Positions 48,880 to 59,524 of a DNA stretch of 64,000 nt are shown one piece after another. The notes under the pieces were generated by a model, which saw nothing but the letters and a program-made list of their open reading frames with translations, was not told the origin of the DNA and searched no databases. This stretch comes from an uncultured virus (IMG/VR IMGVR_UViG_3300016464_000385) (Duplodnaviria > Heunggongvirae > Uroviricota > Caudoviricetes). Positions within the stretch are counted from its first letter, which is position 1, and every line of letters starts with the position of its first letter. Made by a program: the position numbers and the translations under genes. The DNA lies in IMG/VR virus record IMGVR_UViG_3300016464_000385. One strand, given 5' to 3'.

Positions 48880-49557
48880 TTAGTATGTAGAGGAAGTTTC
48901 TAGGGTAACAAAATACACCAAATTATTAGTTTCTCCAATAAACTTAGCAATACCCTTCGAAGAAATTTCTACTTTATAGTTTCCAGGAAGCATCTTCAAA
49001 TTTTCTGTTTTAAATACCAACTTATATGGATTTCCTGTTGCAGTAACTGACGACAGAGAGACTGAATTTGTATGTGCAGAATCATCATTAGAATCAAAAG
49101 TTGAAATATTCACTTCAACTCCATCGCTCTCAACTGCAATATTAGGAGAACCAAGAACATTAGCTGAACGCAAAATCCAGTTAAAATCTTCTTCAGTAAG
49201 ATTAAATTCTACATCAACAGAAGGAAGATTTGGACGCTTATCCGGAGCAGCAACAATCATTGATGGATCAGTAAAGCGATACTTAATCTTGGAACGACCA
49301 CCCAACCCCTTGATATAAACGTGCTTAGAATCGAATTCTAATTCAGCCCCTTCCTTGAACAAAGAGATTACTGATAGAAAATTATTGAGATCATAAATCC
49401 CAAAAGTTTGGGGAATATTTTCAGCCACTTGCGCATCGGCGAGAATATTCTTTTGCGGAGATACCGTAGAAATTACGTTACCAGCCTTAAACAAAATTCC
49501 AGAATTAATCGTAGAAAAATTCTTAAGGACGGTCAAAGTTTCATTAGACAATTTCAT
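48880..49557 (-). CDS. 45: Sliding clamp (gp45)
   Basis: MKLS.ETL..LKNFS.IN, FGIYDLN.FL, ENLK..PG.Y.V. Confidence 0.93.
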   Translation of the reverse strand: MKLSNETLTVLKNFSTINSGILFKAGNVISTVSPQKNILADAQVAENIPQTFGIYDLNNFLSVISLFKEGAELEFDSKHVYIKGLGGRSKIKYRFTDPSMIVAAPDKRPNLPSVDVEFNLTEEDFNWILRSANVLGSPNIAVESDGVEVNISTFDSNDDSAHTNSVSLSSVTATGNPYKLVFKTENLKMLPGNYKVEISSKGIAKFIGETNNLVYFVTLETSSTY

Positions 49558-49586
49558 TTATTTCACCTCATTTATAACGAAAAAAT

Positions 49587-49615
49587 ATTATAACTCAAAA
49601 CAGAAAAATAGTAAA
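49587..49615 (-). promoter_or_regulatory. Sigma70-type promoter TTTACT-17-TATAAT for gene 45
   Basis: AGTAAA 49610-49615 and ATTATA 49587-49592 on +. Confidence 0.7.
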
Positions 49616-49617
49616 GC

Positions 49618-49887
49618 TCAATATTCAATAAAAACTGCAGCTTCTATATCATCATTTTCTTCTTCTGTTCTCATTTCTTGCCATCGAGTCAAAGAGTCAA
49701 TGGCTTCTTGAACATCTTTATCAAGACCTTTAACTCCCCGTTTCCCAGCAACCAATAATTTTTTTACTGCATGCTGTATACAAGGATCTGTTACCTCAAA
49801 CAAATCAAGAACCCGATAAACATCAATATATTTACCAGGAACTTTCTTATAGTAATGAGAATGCTTATGATTCATTTTATAGTTCAC
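49618..49887 (-). CDS. Small phage hypothetical protein
   Basis: HY, IDVYRV..LF.V.D, HAVKKLL.AG.RG.K pattern. Confidence 0.7.
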   Translation of the reverse strand: MNYKMNHKHSHYYKKVPGKYIDVYRVLDLFEVTDPCIQHAVKKLLVAGKRGVKGLDKDVQEAIDSLTRWQEMRTEEENDDIEAAVFIEY

Positions 49888-50674
49888 CTAAATGTTGAGC
49901 GATTGCTGGTAGATTACCGCTGAAGATATAAGTACCTGTATGAGATAGTTGCATCCAAGGGCATAACCAAGAATCAATTCCAATTTCTCTACATTTTTGA
50001 GTAAAAAAATAATCTTCTGATAGATATCTCTTAGATTTTTCATCAATGACGCAATCAAAAAACGCGCAAATTTCTCTATCTCCACCGAAATGGGCAGTAC
50101 CAACATGATCAGGTTTGTACATTTGCTTAGGATTAGCTTCTTGGAATTTCTTAAATACTTCTCTATTGATGAGCATAAACCCTGTACCTAAATCCATAAC
50201 AGGCAAAGGTTCTGTAATAGAGAATTTTTCAGTGCCTCCAACTGGATTGAAAACCATACTACCAGCAACTTTTTCATATTCTTGTGCAGGGAGGTTTGGA
50301 TTCTTTTGTACTGCTCTATGTATTTGATTCCATTCAATACTTTTCTTTGGATATGGTCCCCCAATAATTCCTTTATCTAAAGCTAATAGCGCAACAACAT
50401 CTTGAGGATTAAATGCAACATCAGCATCAATAAACATCAAGTGAGTACAATCAGTTCTATTAAGGAACTCATCTGCAATATAGTTTCTTGCTCTTTGAAT
50501 AAGAGATTCATTGAACAGGAAACTAAACCTAACTTCAACTCCGTATTGCGATAATACGCTTTGTAAATCTAATAGGCTTTTCGCAGTCATTCCTGTCATC
50601 ATACCGCCATAACAAGGCATTCCCACAAAAAGACTTTTCTTTCTCATTTCATCAGTAGAAATCTGAATTTTCAT
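49877..50674 (-). CDS. Conserved T4-like GT-A-fold protein
   Basis: PCYGG, NESLI.RARN, HLMFIDAD, YPKK, GTGFMLI, YLSEDY.F, H.G. Confidence 0.75.
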   Translation of the reverse strand: MKIQISTDEMRKKSLFVGMPCYGGMMTGMTAKSLLDLQSVLSQYGVEVRFSFLFNESLIQRARNYIADEFLNRTDCTHLMFIDADVAFNPQDVVALLALDKGIIGGPYPKKSIEWNQIHRAVQKNPNLPAQEYEKVAGSMVFNPVGGTEKFSITEPLPVMDLGTGFMLINREVFKKFQEANPKQMYKPDHVGTAHFGGDREICAFFDCVIDEKSKRYLSEDYFFTQKCREIGIDSWLCPWMQLSHTGTYIFSGNLPAIAQHLGEL

Positions 50675-50710
50675 TAACCAATCCTCTTTATAAAATATTA
50701 TATAGTAAAA

Positions 50711-51313
50711 TTACGACGTTGATTTTCCTATTCTTTGCTTAATCGCCGTATTTATAGCAAATCTTTTCACATACTTTTCCCTCTTTTTCAATCCACTTTT
50801 CAAAGCCAAAGGTTTCGCCAATGTATTAAAAGTGATTCCGTTTAAATGATCTATTTCGTGTTGAGCAATTCTAGCAGAAATTCCATCTAAAAACATTTCT
50901 TGGATTTCTCCGGTCATATCATGAAACCTAACTTTTATTTCTTTTGGTCTAGTTATAGATAAGATCATAAAAGGGAAACTTAAACAACCTTCTTCTAGGT
51001 GAACGGTTTCTTTTGAAGTATATATTATTTCTGGATTAAACATAGCGATATAATCCTCACCAGTCCCCATAACAAAAACTTTATATGGAATTCCGCATTG
51101 AGGAGCAGCTAATCCATAAGCTCTATTTTGCTTCAATGTTTCAATTAACCTGTCAGATAATTCTTTTGCATTAATATTCGCATCAGAATCAAATGGTATA
51201 GCTTTTTGTTTTAAAATAGGATCATCTTCAGAAACCAACGAATATGGTTCAAACTTCATTCCAACAGTTTTGTTATACAAAACTTCATTCGTGTCGATCG
51301 TTATCATGCTCAT
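50711..51313 (-). CDS. def: Peptide deformylase
   Basis: GLAAPQ, EGCLS, QHEIDHLNG. Confidence 0.92.
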   Translation of the reverse strand: MSMITIDTNEVLYNKTVGMKFEPYSLVSEDDPILKQKAIPFDSDANINAKELSDRLIETLKQNRAYGLAAPQCGIPYKVFVMGTGEDYIAMFNPEIIYTSKETVHLEEGCLSFPFMILSITRPKEIKVRFHDMTGEIQEMFLDGISARIAQHEIDHLNGITFNTLAKPLALKSGLKKREKYVKRFAINTAIKQRIGKSTS

Positions 51314-51318
51314 GTATT

Positions 51319-53043
51319 TTACCCTAATTCAATCATTTTAGTAAAGTTTTTCTTTTTTTCAAATTTCAAAGTTCGGTCAAATTTATCTCCAATTTGATCT
51401 CCCCTGTGAGAAATTACAATTATATTAGTTTTTTGATCTAAAGTATCTATAAGATCAAAAAACTGATCTGCTCCTTCCAAATCTAAAGAACCATCCAATA
51501 TCTCGTCCATAATGAGAAGGTTTGTATTTACTGAATTTTTCATTTTAGCTATTTGTCTGAATGCAAATAGTATAGAAAGATCTATTCTCAATTTTTCTCC
51601 TTCGGAAAAATTTTCATATTTAAATTCATCTCTATGTCTACTTTTAATAACTTCCTCGAAATTTTCATTTATATTAAAATTAACGAAAAAATTCATCTTA
51701 GACAAATATGTATTAATCAATTTATTCATTATAGGAAGATATTGTTTAACTATACGAGTTTTTATTCCACCGTCTTTTAGAAGAACGGAAGAAAAATCAT
51801 AATACTTTTTAACGTTAGATAATTCTTCTTTATCCGACGATAGAGATTTTAATTCTTCAACCAAAGAATTTAATTTATCATTATTAATTTCCATATTAGA
51901 AAAATTTTCAGTAAGTTCTAGTATAGAACTCATTTCTTTCTTTATGTATTTTTGTATAGCTATTATAGAAGCATTAATTTTAACTATTTCTGATTGATGA
52001 TTTAAAATATTATTGTTTATTAATTCTATTTCATTTAATCTTAGTTGTATTTTATTAACTTCTTCATCCAATTTTTCTAAACCACGCTTTATTTCTTGTT
52101 GTTTAGATTCTCCTAAAGCTATTTGATTATTTTTAAAATTATGATCAATAGATTGCTTACAAGTGGGACAATTATCATGATCGTTATAAAACTCTTTTTC
52201 TTTTTTTATCCTTTTCAAATTAGACTCTAATTTAGTTTCTATCGAAATCAATTTTTGTTTTTTGCTTTCTGTAGAATTTTTATCAGCAATCTTCGATTTT
52301 AATATATCTATATGTTTTTGTATAAGGACTATATCATTTTCCAGAGATTTTATTTGGAGTTTGGACTTATCTATTTCCGATTTTTTTTCTAAAATCTGTT
52401 CTTTTTTGTTTTGTTTATATTCTTCTATGTTTTGTTTTTGTAATTCTATTTTTTCCTTAGTCAAATCAATAGAATATTTTAATTGATTACTTTCTTCTTT
52501 TATTTTCGATAGTTTGTCTTTAACCAAAACATTCATGGAAGAAAATATTTGAATATCTAATAATTCTTCTATTATTGTCCTTCTATCAGAAGCTGGCATC
52601 TGCATAAAAGGATTATATCTAGCAGAACCAAGAATTACAACATTTATGAACGATTTATAGTTTACTTTAAGAATATATTTTTCCAAATATTCTTGATAAT
52701 CTTTACTTTTTGCGTCTTGATTTACCAGAACATTATTACAATATATCTCAAATATATTAGGTTTAATTCCACGAACTACTTTATATTCTCTATTACCTAT
52801 TGAAAAATATAATTCAACCAACAATTCCCCTTTATTGATTGAATTGACTATATTGGGTTTAGTAGTTTTTCTGAACGGTTTTCCATACAAAGCAAAAACT
52901 ATTGAATCTAAAATACAAGAACTTTTTGATGCTCCGTTTTTACCTATAACCAGAGTTTTTCTATGACTATCCAAGTTAATCTCGATAGGAGAATTTCCTA
53001 CCGAGAAAAAATTTTTCATTCGAACTTTAGAAAATAAAATCAT
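51319..53043 (-). CDS. 46: Recombination endonuclease ATPase subunit (gp46, Rad50-like)
   Basis: KNF.S.GN, G.NGA.KS, CPTC hook, FSEGEK.RID, DEILD, ISH. Confidence 0.95.
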   Translation of the reverse strand: MILFSKVRMKNFFSVGNSPIEINLDSHRKTLVIGKNGASKSSCILDSIVFALYGKPFRKTTKPNIVNSINKGELLVELYFSIGNREYKVVRGIKPNIFEIYCNNVLVNQDAKSKDYQEYLEKYILKVNYKSFINVVILGSARYNPFMQMPASDRRTIIEELLDIQIFSSMNVLVKDKLSKIKEESNQLKYSIDLTKEKIELQKQNIEEYKQNKKEQILEKKSEIDKSKLQIKSLENDIVLIQKHIDILKSKIADKNSTESKKQKLISIETKLESNLKRIKKEKEFYNDHDNCPTCKQSIDHNFKNNQIALGESKQQEIKRGLEKLDEEVNKIQLRLNEIELINNNILNHQSEIVKINASIIAIQKYIKKEMSSILELTENFSNMEINNDKLNSLVEELKSLSSDKEELSNVKKYYDFSSVLLKDGGIKTRIVKQYLPIMNKLINTYLSKMNFFVNFNINENFEEVIKSRHRDEFKYENFSEGEKLRIDLSILFAFRQIAKMKNSVNTNLLIMDEILDGSLDLEGADQFFDLIDTLDQKTNIIVISHRGDQIGDKFDRTLKFEKKKNFTKMIELG

Positions 53044-54119
53044 ACTGAATCTAAATTTATTGCTTCATTATATAAGGAACTTAATATACTTTTAAGTTTG
53101 TTTGAATCTATATCGTTAGTTTTGATATTATCTATGTACTTATTCAATATAGTCAACGTATCTTCAGTTTCATCAACATCATTCAATTCTTCGCTCAACA
53201 CGTCAGAAACATCTTCTATGATAACTAAATCTATTGGATTTATTTTATATATAGAATCTATAAACAGATCAAACAAATAAGGATTATTCTTATTCTGAAC
53301 TATAACTTTTATGTAAGAATTTGAATATTTTTCCAGTTCAAAATTTTCTATTTGATTTTTTATTTCTACTTCGTTGATAGAATCATCATAATACACCTTA
53401 TTAAACATCTTATAAGGATTTTTAATAAACTCTAATTTTCTATTATATAAATCAAATATATGAAACCCTTTAGGGTCGGAATCGTCTTGCCAAGTTAATT
53501 CATACGGGGTTCCGAGATAATATATATTATTCTTATTCGATCTGTGATGATAATGTCCTGTAAAAACATATTCAAACCTATCGAAAATATTAGCATCCAT
53601 ACCTTCTTCGCAGATAATCCCTTTATACATAGCGAAATCTTTAAGTTCTAAATGAGCAAAACAAATATCACTTTTACTATTTTTTATTTTATCCATGGAA
53701 GAATAATAATTTTCTTTACAAATCCATGGAAGAATTAAAGTTTCTATATTAGGGACTATCTCAACGAAAGAAGGATCTTCAATAATTTTAATATTAGAAT
53801 ATTCCTTCAACAATAAATTAGGAGAATTGACCGATATAGTATCTTTAAAAAAAGAATCATGATTGCCTATAAGAATAAGTAATTCTATATCATATTCTTC
53901 GAATTTATCAAAAAAGTATTTTTTACACTCAAACAAGCCTTGTAAATGAGTTTGTTTTCTATTATCAAAAATATCTCCTAATTGTATTACTTGTTTGATA
54001 TCGTTTTCTAATAGGTAAGGAAAAAATACTTTACTATAAAATTTTTCAAAATATTCATTAAAAGACCTTGACCCATTTCTTACTCCAAAATGGGTGTCTC
54101 CAAGTATTGCACATTTCAT
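53040..54119 (-). CDS. 47: Recombination endonuclease nuclease subunit (gp47, Mre11-like)
   Basis: GDTHFG, LGD.FD, GNHD, HLE, GHYH. Confidence 0.95.
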   Translation of the reverse strand: MKCAILGDTHFGVRNGSRSFNEYFEKFYSKVFFPYLLENDIKQVIQLGDIFDNRKQTHLQGLFECKKYFFDKFEEYDIELLILIGNHDSFFKDTISVNSPNLLLKEYSNIKIIEDPSFVEIVPNIETLILPWICKENYYSSMDKIKNSKSDICFAHLELKDFAMYKGIICEEGMDANIFDRFEYVFTGHYHHRSNKNNIYYLGTPYELTWQDDSDPKGFHIFDLYNRKLEFIKNPYKMFNKVYYDDSINEVEIKNQIENFELEKYSNSYIKVIVQNKNNPYLFDLFIDSIYKINPIDLVIIEDVSDVLSEELNDVDETEDTLTILNKYIDNIKTNDIDSNKLKSILSSLYNEAINLDSV

Positions 54120-54120
54120 A

Positions 54121-55920
54121 TTAAGCTTTCATAATTTCTTCAATTTCACTGAAATCAATAGTTTCTTTCTCCATCAATAAATCAGCAATATTTAAAACTT
54201 TATCCCAATTTTTCTTCAAAAGTTTTTCAGCTGCAGAATAATTTTTATTGATCAAAGATTCAATTTCTTTCTGAACTAATCCAGCAGAATCTTCCATACC
54301 AGATTTAAATTGAACTCCACCGCCCATAAAACCGCTACCATCTTCGACGTATTTGATTGGAGGAAGTTTCTTGCTCATTCCCCATTCAGTTATCATCCTT
54401 GAAGCAAGTTCAGTAGCTCGTTCAATATCATTACTAGCTCCAGTGGTAATAGAATCAAATCCAGCAAATAATTCTTCTGCTATTCTACCTCCGTATAAAG
54501 AAGCAATTTGACCTTCTAGTTTTTTTCTAGAAACAGAAACGGTATCTTTCTCAGGTAAAAACATAGTAATACCTAAAGCTCTTCCGCGAGGAATAATAGA
54601 AACTTTGTAGATAGTATCATGTTCAGGCATAAAATAACCAACAACAGCATGCCCAGCTTCATGAATAGCTGTCATCTTCTTCTCTTCTTCAGACATTAAA
54701 AACGATTTTCTCTCTACGCCCATTAATAACTTATCTTTAGCCTTTTCAAAATGCTTCATTTCAACAAATTCAAGACCTTCCCTTGAAGCCAGAATAGAAG
54801 CTTCATTTACTATATTAGATAATTCCGCTCCAGAAAACCCTGAAGTTCCTCTAGCAATAAAAGAAAAGTCTACATCTTCGCTTAGTGGAATATCTTTAGA
54901 ATGTACTTCTAGGATCTGTTTTCTACCAACAACATCAGGCAGAGATACTGTAACTTCTCTATCAAACCTTCCTGGTCTTAATAATGCTTGATCTAGAATT
55001 TCTGGTCTATTGGTAGCAGCAATTATAATAACTCCGGTTTTTGTATCAAAACCATCCATCTCTACTAATAAGGCATTAAGGGTTTGATCCCGTTCATCGT
55101 TACCTAAAACAGCATTACTTCTAGATTTTCCAATAGCATCAATTTCATCAATAAAAATGATACAAGGAGAATTCTTTTTAGCTTCCTCGAACATATTTCT
55201 AACTCGAGAAGCTCCAACACCAACAAACATTTCAACGAAGTCTGAGCCAGAAATGGAATAGAAAGGAACTCCTGCTTCATGAGCGATAGCTTTAGCTAAT
55301 AAAGTTTTACCGCAACCTGGTTCTCCTGTTAATAAAATACCTCTAGGGATTTTTCCGCCAAGCCTATTAAATTTTTCGGGATCTTTTAAGAAATCAACGA
55401 TCTCTTTAACTTCTTCCTTTGCTTCATCACATCCAGCAACGTCATCGAATTTAGTTGTATTATTTGGATCAGCAACTAACAATTTAGCATTAGATTTTCC
55501 TGCGCCGAACCTATTTGGATTTTGTCTATTCATAAAATAAATCCAAACGCCTATTAGTAATAATACAGGAATAGAATTTATTAAAATTTCAACAAATATA
55601 TTTCTTTGTTCCGGTAAGGGAACAGAGACATCAACTTTATGTTTCAATAAATCATTAATTAGTTGAGGGTCATTTGATGGAGCATTTACCATATACTCTT
55701 CGCCAGTTTTAGCCACTACTCGAATTTGAGTAATTCCTCCATTAAGGTTTTTTAAAACTACTTTAAGTATTCCATCATTATTAACTGTCGATACAAATCT
55801 GGTATAAGAAGGATTATACCCTTGCATACCAGTTTCATTATTCGTTAAATTATTGTATATACTCACGACCAAAAAAACAGTCACGAATATAATAAGAGCT
55901 CTTTTTACAATTATATTCAT
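54121..55920 (-). CDS. ftsH: ATP-dependent zinc metalloprotease FtsH
   Basis: Two TM helices, [50 protein letters not shown]. Confidence 0.95.
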   Translation of the reverse strand: MNIIVKRALIIFVTVFLVVSIYNNLTNNETGMQGYNPSYTRFVSTVNNDGILKVVLKNLNGGITQIRVVAKTGEEYMVNAPSNDPQLINDLLKHKVDVSVPLPEQRNIFVEILINSIPVLLLIGVWIYFMNRQNPNRFGAGKSNAKLLVADPNNTTKFDDVAGCDEAKEEVKEIVDFLKDPEKFNRLGGKIPRGILLTGEPGCGKTLLAKAIAHEAGVPFYSISGSDFVEMFVGVGASRVRNMFEEAKKNSPCIIFIDEIDAIGKSRSNAVLGNDERDQTLNALLVEMDGFDTKTGVIIIAATNRPEILDQALLRPGRFDREVTVSLPDVVGRKQILEVHSKDIPLSEDVDFSFIARGTSGFSGAELSNIVNEASILASREGLEFVEMKHFEKAKDKLLMGVERKSFLMSEEEKKMTAIHEAGHAVVGYFMPEHDTIYKVSIIPRGRALGITMFLPEKDTVSVSRKKLEGQIASLYGGRIAEELFAGFDSITTGASNDIERATELASRMITEWGMSKKLPPIKYVEDGSGFMGGGVQFKSGMEDSAGLVQKEIESLINKNYSAAEKLLKKNWDKVLNIADLLMEKETIDFSEIEEIMKA

Positions 55921-55933
55921 TCAAGATTTCTCC

Positions 55934-56458
55934 TTATATAAAATTTTCAATTCCTTTACGTTTTTTAACAATTCCTTTTTTTTCTTTAACCGCTATTTCA
56001 TACTTTTCAATAAATTCATATAAATTATCATATATCTGAATTTGATTTATAGTACCGTCCCCGAGTTCTAACAATTCTTCTTCATCCAGAGTTCCGAAAT
56101 TTTCAGCAGCTTTATATTTTACATACTGCTGTTTTTTCTCTTTATCAATTCTTCTAACAAAGGCCCACCAACAAACAGTGGTGAAGTAAGCAAATGGATT
56201 AGAAGATTTATCTGGATCGAAATTTTCGAAATACATTATACAATTTTCAATAGCATCCGAAACCATTTCGTCTTTGTACGTGTACATACAAAAATTAGGT
56301 TTTTTCGATAAATTATTTGCCAGTTTCAAAAAGCACTCACCAATATAATCTGGAATTTTTGGTTTCGGTGAATTTTTCAGTTTAGATTCTTCTGACAATT
56401 TTTTATATTCAACTAAAGCAGCTAAGAAATCCGAATTATTAATATAATGATTTTTCAT
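55934..56458 (-). CDS. 55: Late transcription sigma factor (gp55)
   Basis: HYINN..F, YIGECF.K.A..LS.KPNF..Y, M.SD.IENC, NPFAYFT, F.RRI.KEK. Confidence 0.93.
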   Translation of the reverse strand: MKNHYINNSDFLAALVEYKKLSEESKLKNSPKPKIPDYIGECFLKLANNLSKKPNFCMYTYKDEMVSDAIENCIMYFENFDPDKSSNPFAYFTTVCWWAFVRRIDKEKKQQYVKYKAAENFGTLDEEELLELGDGTINQIQIYDNLYEFIEKYEIAVKEKKGIVKKRKGIENFI

Positions 56459-56489
56459 ATTTTATTCCATCAAAATTGTACAATTTATA

Positions 56490-56571
56490 ATTATACCTTA
56501 AAAACAAGAAAAAGTAAATTTTTTACAAAAAGCTTGACTTTTTTTTGAAATTAATACATAATGACTATGTA
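56490..56571. promoter_or_regulatory. Back-to-back sigma70-type promoters (minus toward gene 55; plus antisense)
   Basis: Minus: TTTACT(56518-56513)-17-TATAAT(56495-56490). Plus: TTGACT(56534-56539)-17-CATAAT(56557-56562) followed by GACTATGTA. Confidence 0.65.
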
Positions 56572-56583
56572 CCCCCTTTGGAG

Positions 56584-56943
56584 TTAGTGTAATTTATTAT
56601 GTTTATTGTCTAATTGTTCTAACATCAGTTTAAATTCATCATTATCTTCGTTTTCTTTATCATAATCTTCTAGAAAATTAAGATAATACTCTTTAAATTC
56701 TTCTTTTACTTCTAAAATCAAAAGGATTTCACTCATAGGCAATATTGCAGTATTTTCTTCAACAATATTAATAGGCAACCAATAATTCATAATCAATTCT
56801 TGACTCATCGTTTTTGTATTAAAATTTATATAAACATTCAAAGGATGTTTGATTTTTATTTTAGTTATATCTTTTTCGATAAAACAGATAATATCCTCAC
56901 CACTTTTTAATCTAATCATTTTTATAGAATTCATGTTTATCAT
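56584..56943 (-). CDS. Conserved T4-like hypothetical protein downstream of uvsW
   Basis: IRLKSGEDII, W.P, YY, C-terminal LH. Confidence 0.7.
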   Translation of the reverse strand: MINMNSIKMIRLKSGEDIICFIEKDITKIKIKHPLNVYINFNTKTMSQELIMNYWLPINIVEENTAILPMSEILLILEVKEEFKEYYLNFLEDYDKENEDNDEFKLMLEQLDNKHNKLH

Positions 56944-58448
56944 CCTTGAGTAAAATCCACGTTTATTAATTTATAATCAAATTGTTCTTGATTGTATGTT
57001 TTTATCCTTTCTAAGAAATGTATCAAAGAAAAATTTTGATGTTTTCCTATTGATAAATTATCTGCTATATCATATAATGTAGCAGAATCTTTATTTTCAT
57101 GTAACCTTAAAACCCTTCCTATAGATTGAAGGTTCCTTATTCGACTTTTTCCGGAAATTGCGAAAATTATGTTGTGTAAATTTTTTATTGAAACTCCTGT
57201 ACTCATAGTACCGCTAGATGCCACAACAATAGCATTAGATTCAGTTTCCATTATTTTACGAATTCTTTCTCGTTCTTCCCCATCGACCCCTCCATGTATA
57301 AAGTATATATTACGCCCGTTACGGTGTTTTGAATTTAATAATAATTCGTATATAACTTTTCCATGAGTCTCTACAAAATTAAATAAGATTATAGTGTTTT
57401 TCTCCATAGAAAAAGCTAAATTTTTTATAAAATTATTTCTTTTCGTATTAGTAATAAGATATTTTATTTCGTCTTGATATTTGTATTTTTTTAAAATTTT
57501 ACAAGTTTCTTTATCATATTTTAAAACCAAACATTTTATATTAAACGATGCGACTTGTTTACGATCCATTAACTCTTTTGTCGTTATCAATTTATTGATC
57601 GGCCCAAATAAACCGATTAAAGTTTTTTCGTTGACTTTTAATCCGTCCAAAGTTCCTGTAAAACCTATTCTATAAGAAGCGTTGGTACACTTTTCTAAAA
57701 TGCTGGTTAGAGAAAGAGCTTTTGCTGTATGTACTTCATCAACAATAACATAATCATATTGTTGAAAAAAATTTTGATTCTTTATGGTGTGTAAAGATTG
57801 CCAAGTAGAAATTGTAATTAATTTATTGGTATTTTTTTCTTGGCCGGTATAAATGTTATGAATATTATCTTCAGCAATCCAACCATTATGTTCAGAATAT
57901 TCTCTAAAATTATCAGTAATTTGATGAACAAGAGATACAGTAGGCACTACTATCAAACCTTTCATCCCTTTATCAGAAAAATATTTACATATCAAATATA
58001 TGTTTAAAGATTTTCCAGAAGATGTAGGACTTAATACTAATTGACGTTTTTTTAAAATCGAAGAAGTGTATCCTATGTATTGATAATCTCTAATCTCGAT
58101 ATCCGTATTTTTAAACCCTTCTTTTATATGATCTAAATAATCTTCTAGATCTTTTTCAGTTGTATTATTTTTTACTTTTAAAGATTCATCAAATTCTATT
58201 GTGTATTCTCTAGATTTACAGAAAGATATTATTTGATTAATTAAACCAAAATATATTTCCCCTTTATTTCTATGAGTTATTTTTAATAACCTAATTTTAC
58301 CGTCCCAAATTTTAGATTTATATTTTGGGTTAAATTTATATCCTTCTGCAAAAAACGTAAAAGAATCTTGAAGTTCTTGTAGAGTTGATTGTTCTGCTGA
58401 TACAGTGATATAAGATTCGTTTTTCTTTTGTATTAATATATCAGCCAT
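56940..58448 (-). CDS. uvsW: SF2 helicase UvsW
   Basis: WDGKIRL, PTSSGKS, STWQS, DEVH, TGT, STGVSI, QSIGR.LR. Confidence 0.95.
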   Translation of the reverse strand: MADILIQKKNESYITVSAEQSTLQELQDSFTFFAEGYKFNPKYKSKIWDGKIRLLKITHRNKGEIYFGLINQIISFCKSREYTIEFDESLKVKNNTTEKDLEDYLDHIKEGFKNTDIEIRDYQYIGYTSSILKKRQLVLSPTSSGKSLNIYLICKYFSDKGMKGLIVVPTVSLVHQITDNFREYSEHNGWIAEDNIHNIYTGQEKNTNKLITISTWQSLHTIKNQNFFQQYDYVIVDEVHTAKALSLTSILEKCTNASYRIGFTGTLDGLKVNEKTLIGLFGPINKLITTKELMDRKQVASFNIKCLVLKYDKETCKILKKYKYQDEIKYLITNTKRNNFIKNLAFSMEKNTIILFNFVETHGKVIYELLLNSKHRNGRNIYFIHGGVDGEERERIRKIMETESNAIVVASSGTMSTGVSIKNLHNIIFAISGKSRIRNLQSIGRVLRLHENKDSATLYDIADNLSIGKHQNFSLIHFLERIKTYNQEQFDYKLINVDFTQG

Positions 58449-58888
58449 TATGCACCAGATAAGAATTTTTGATAGTCAACGAAAGTTTTTAATTGCCAAG
58501 ACCTATTTTTTAATTCGGTTAAAATCTGTTCGCAAGTATAAACGATTTGTTCATGATAAGATTTTTTTTGTATTATTTTTATTAATTGATCGTCGGAAGC
58601 AATATATCTTTCGACATTATTTTTTGTACCGACTCTAATATCAAATTGTTCCCAACCATATTCATCTAGAGTTTCTTTATCTAAATGGCCTAGATAATAT
58701 TCCGTTTTGATATTTTTCATCTTATCGTATTCAAATTTGCAACGAATTGATGCTAATTTATGTTCGTTTAATACCTTTAAATATTTTGAATGTAATTGAG
58801 GTATTCTTAGCAATTCTCCCCCGATGTTCGATTCATCGACGTTAGAATCTTGATTCCATAATTCCAAAAGCTCTTCCAATTTAACCAT
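58448..58888 (-). CDS. uvsY: Recombination mediator UvsY
   Basis: W..DS.VD, IP.LHSKYL, EYY.G, YI..D, R.WQ.K; adjacent to uvsW. Confidence 0.88.
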   Translation of the reverse strand: MVKLEELLELWNQDSNVDESNIGGELLRIPQLHSKYLKVLNEHKLASIRCKFEYDKMKNIKTEYYLGHLDKETLDEYGWEQFDIRVGTKNNVERYIASDDQLIKIIQKKSYHEQIVYTCEQILTELKNRSWQLKTFVDYQKFLSGA

Positions 58889-58904
58889 AATATAAACTCC
58901 ACTA

Positions 58905-59438
58905 TTAAATTCTCTGTATATTATATAGTTGGTATTTAAACTCTGCTATTGCTGTCATAGGTTTGTCTGCACTTGCCGTTGTGCTGAATTTAACTGAAGA
59001 TAAAGATACAGGGAACATATCTATAAATTTTATTTTGAATTTTGGATTATTAAGGGCGGATAATATAGTCAACTCTCCTTGAGAATACTGAGGTTTTGTA
59101 TTTAATCCTGGCAAACTCATTTCAGATAATTTATTTAAATTTCTATATTCATCAAAATCATGAGGAAAAGAATATCCCCTCATCCAGTCATGAATAATTT
59201 CCCATGCCCACAATTCTTCATCTACTATAAATTCCATGCTAAACGAGCTATACTCCAATTTATCTCCAGGTTTATACAAATCAACAAAAGGAGTATTTTG
59301 TCTTACCGGACTCGAAGATATTCCAGGAATAGATATGTCTTGGCAAAAGTATGTTGCAGAAGAAACTCTTGGAAAAATAACTTGAAATTTTGTAGGCTGC
59401 AAATAATTAGTATTTTGCGGATTTCTTGTTGATGCCAT
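58905..59438 (-). CDS. 3: Tail completion/sheath stabiliser (gp3-like)
   Basis: N.N.L.P.KF, FCQ...IPG, PGDKL.Y, F.VDE, F.D.FP.SLS; position before uvsY. Confidence 0.8.
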   Translation of the reverse strand: MASTRNPQNTNYLQPTKFQVIFPRVSSATYFCQDISIPGISSSPVRQNTPFVDLYKPGDKLEYSSFSMEFIVDEELWAWEIIHDWMRGYSFPHDFDEYRNLNKLSEMSLPGLNTKPQYSQGELTILSALNNPKFKIKFIDMFPVSLSSVKFSTTASADKPMTAIAEFKYQLYNIQRI

Positions 59439-59469
59439 AAAAAATTCTCTAAATAAGAGTATTTAGTAG

Positions 59470-59498
59470 TTGACAAAAAATAATTTTTAAGTTACAAT
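59470..59498 (+). promoter_or_regulatory. Sigma70 promoter TTGACA-17-TACAAT for the modification operon
   Basis: TTGACA 59470-59475, TACAAT 59493-59498, GAGG SD before ATG 59525; a divergent CTAAATA late-like motif at 59466-59460 faces gene 3. Confidence 0.75.
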
Positions 59499-59524
59499 AT
59501 TTTTGTAATTTTATAGAGGTAAAT

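Noticed and set aside
8..59432. Many short plus-strand ORFs in the ORF track (e.g. 465-668, 5267-5551, 11473-11760, 30003-30293, 51512-51802)
   Set aside because: All lie antisense to well-supported minus-strand genes, are rich in F/S/L/I as expected of shadow frames, and show no motifs
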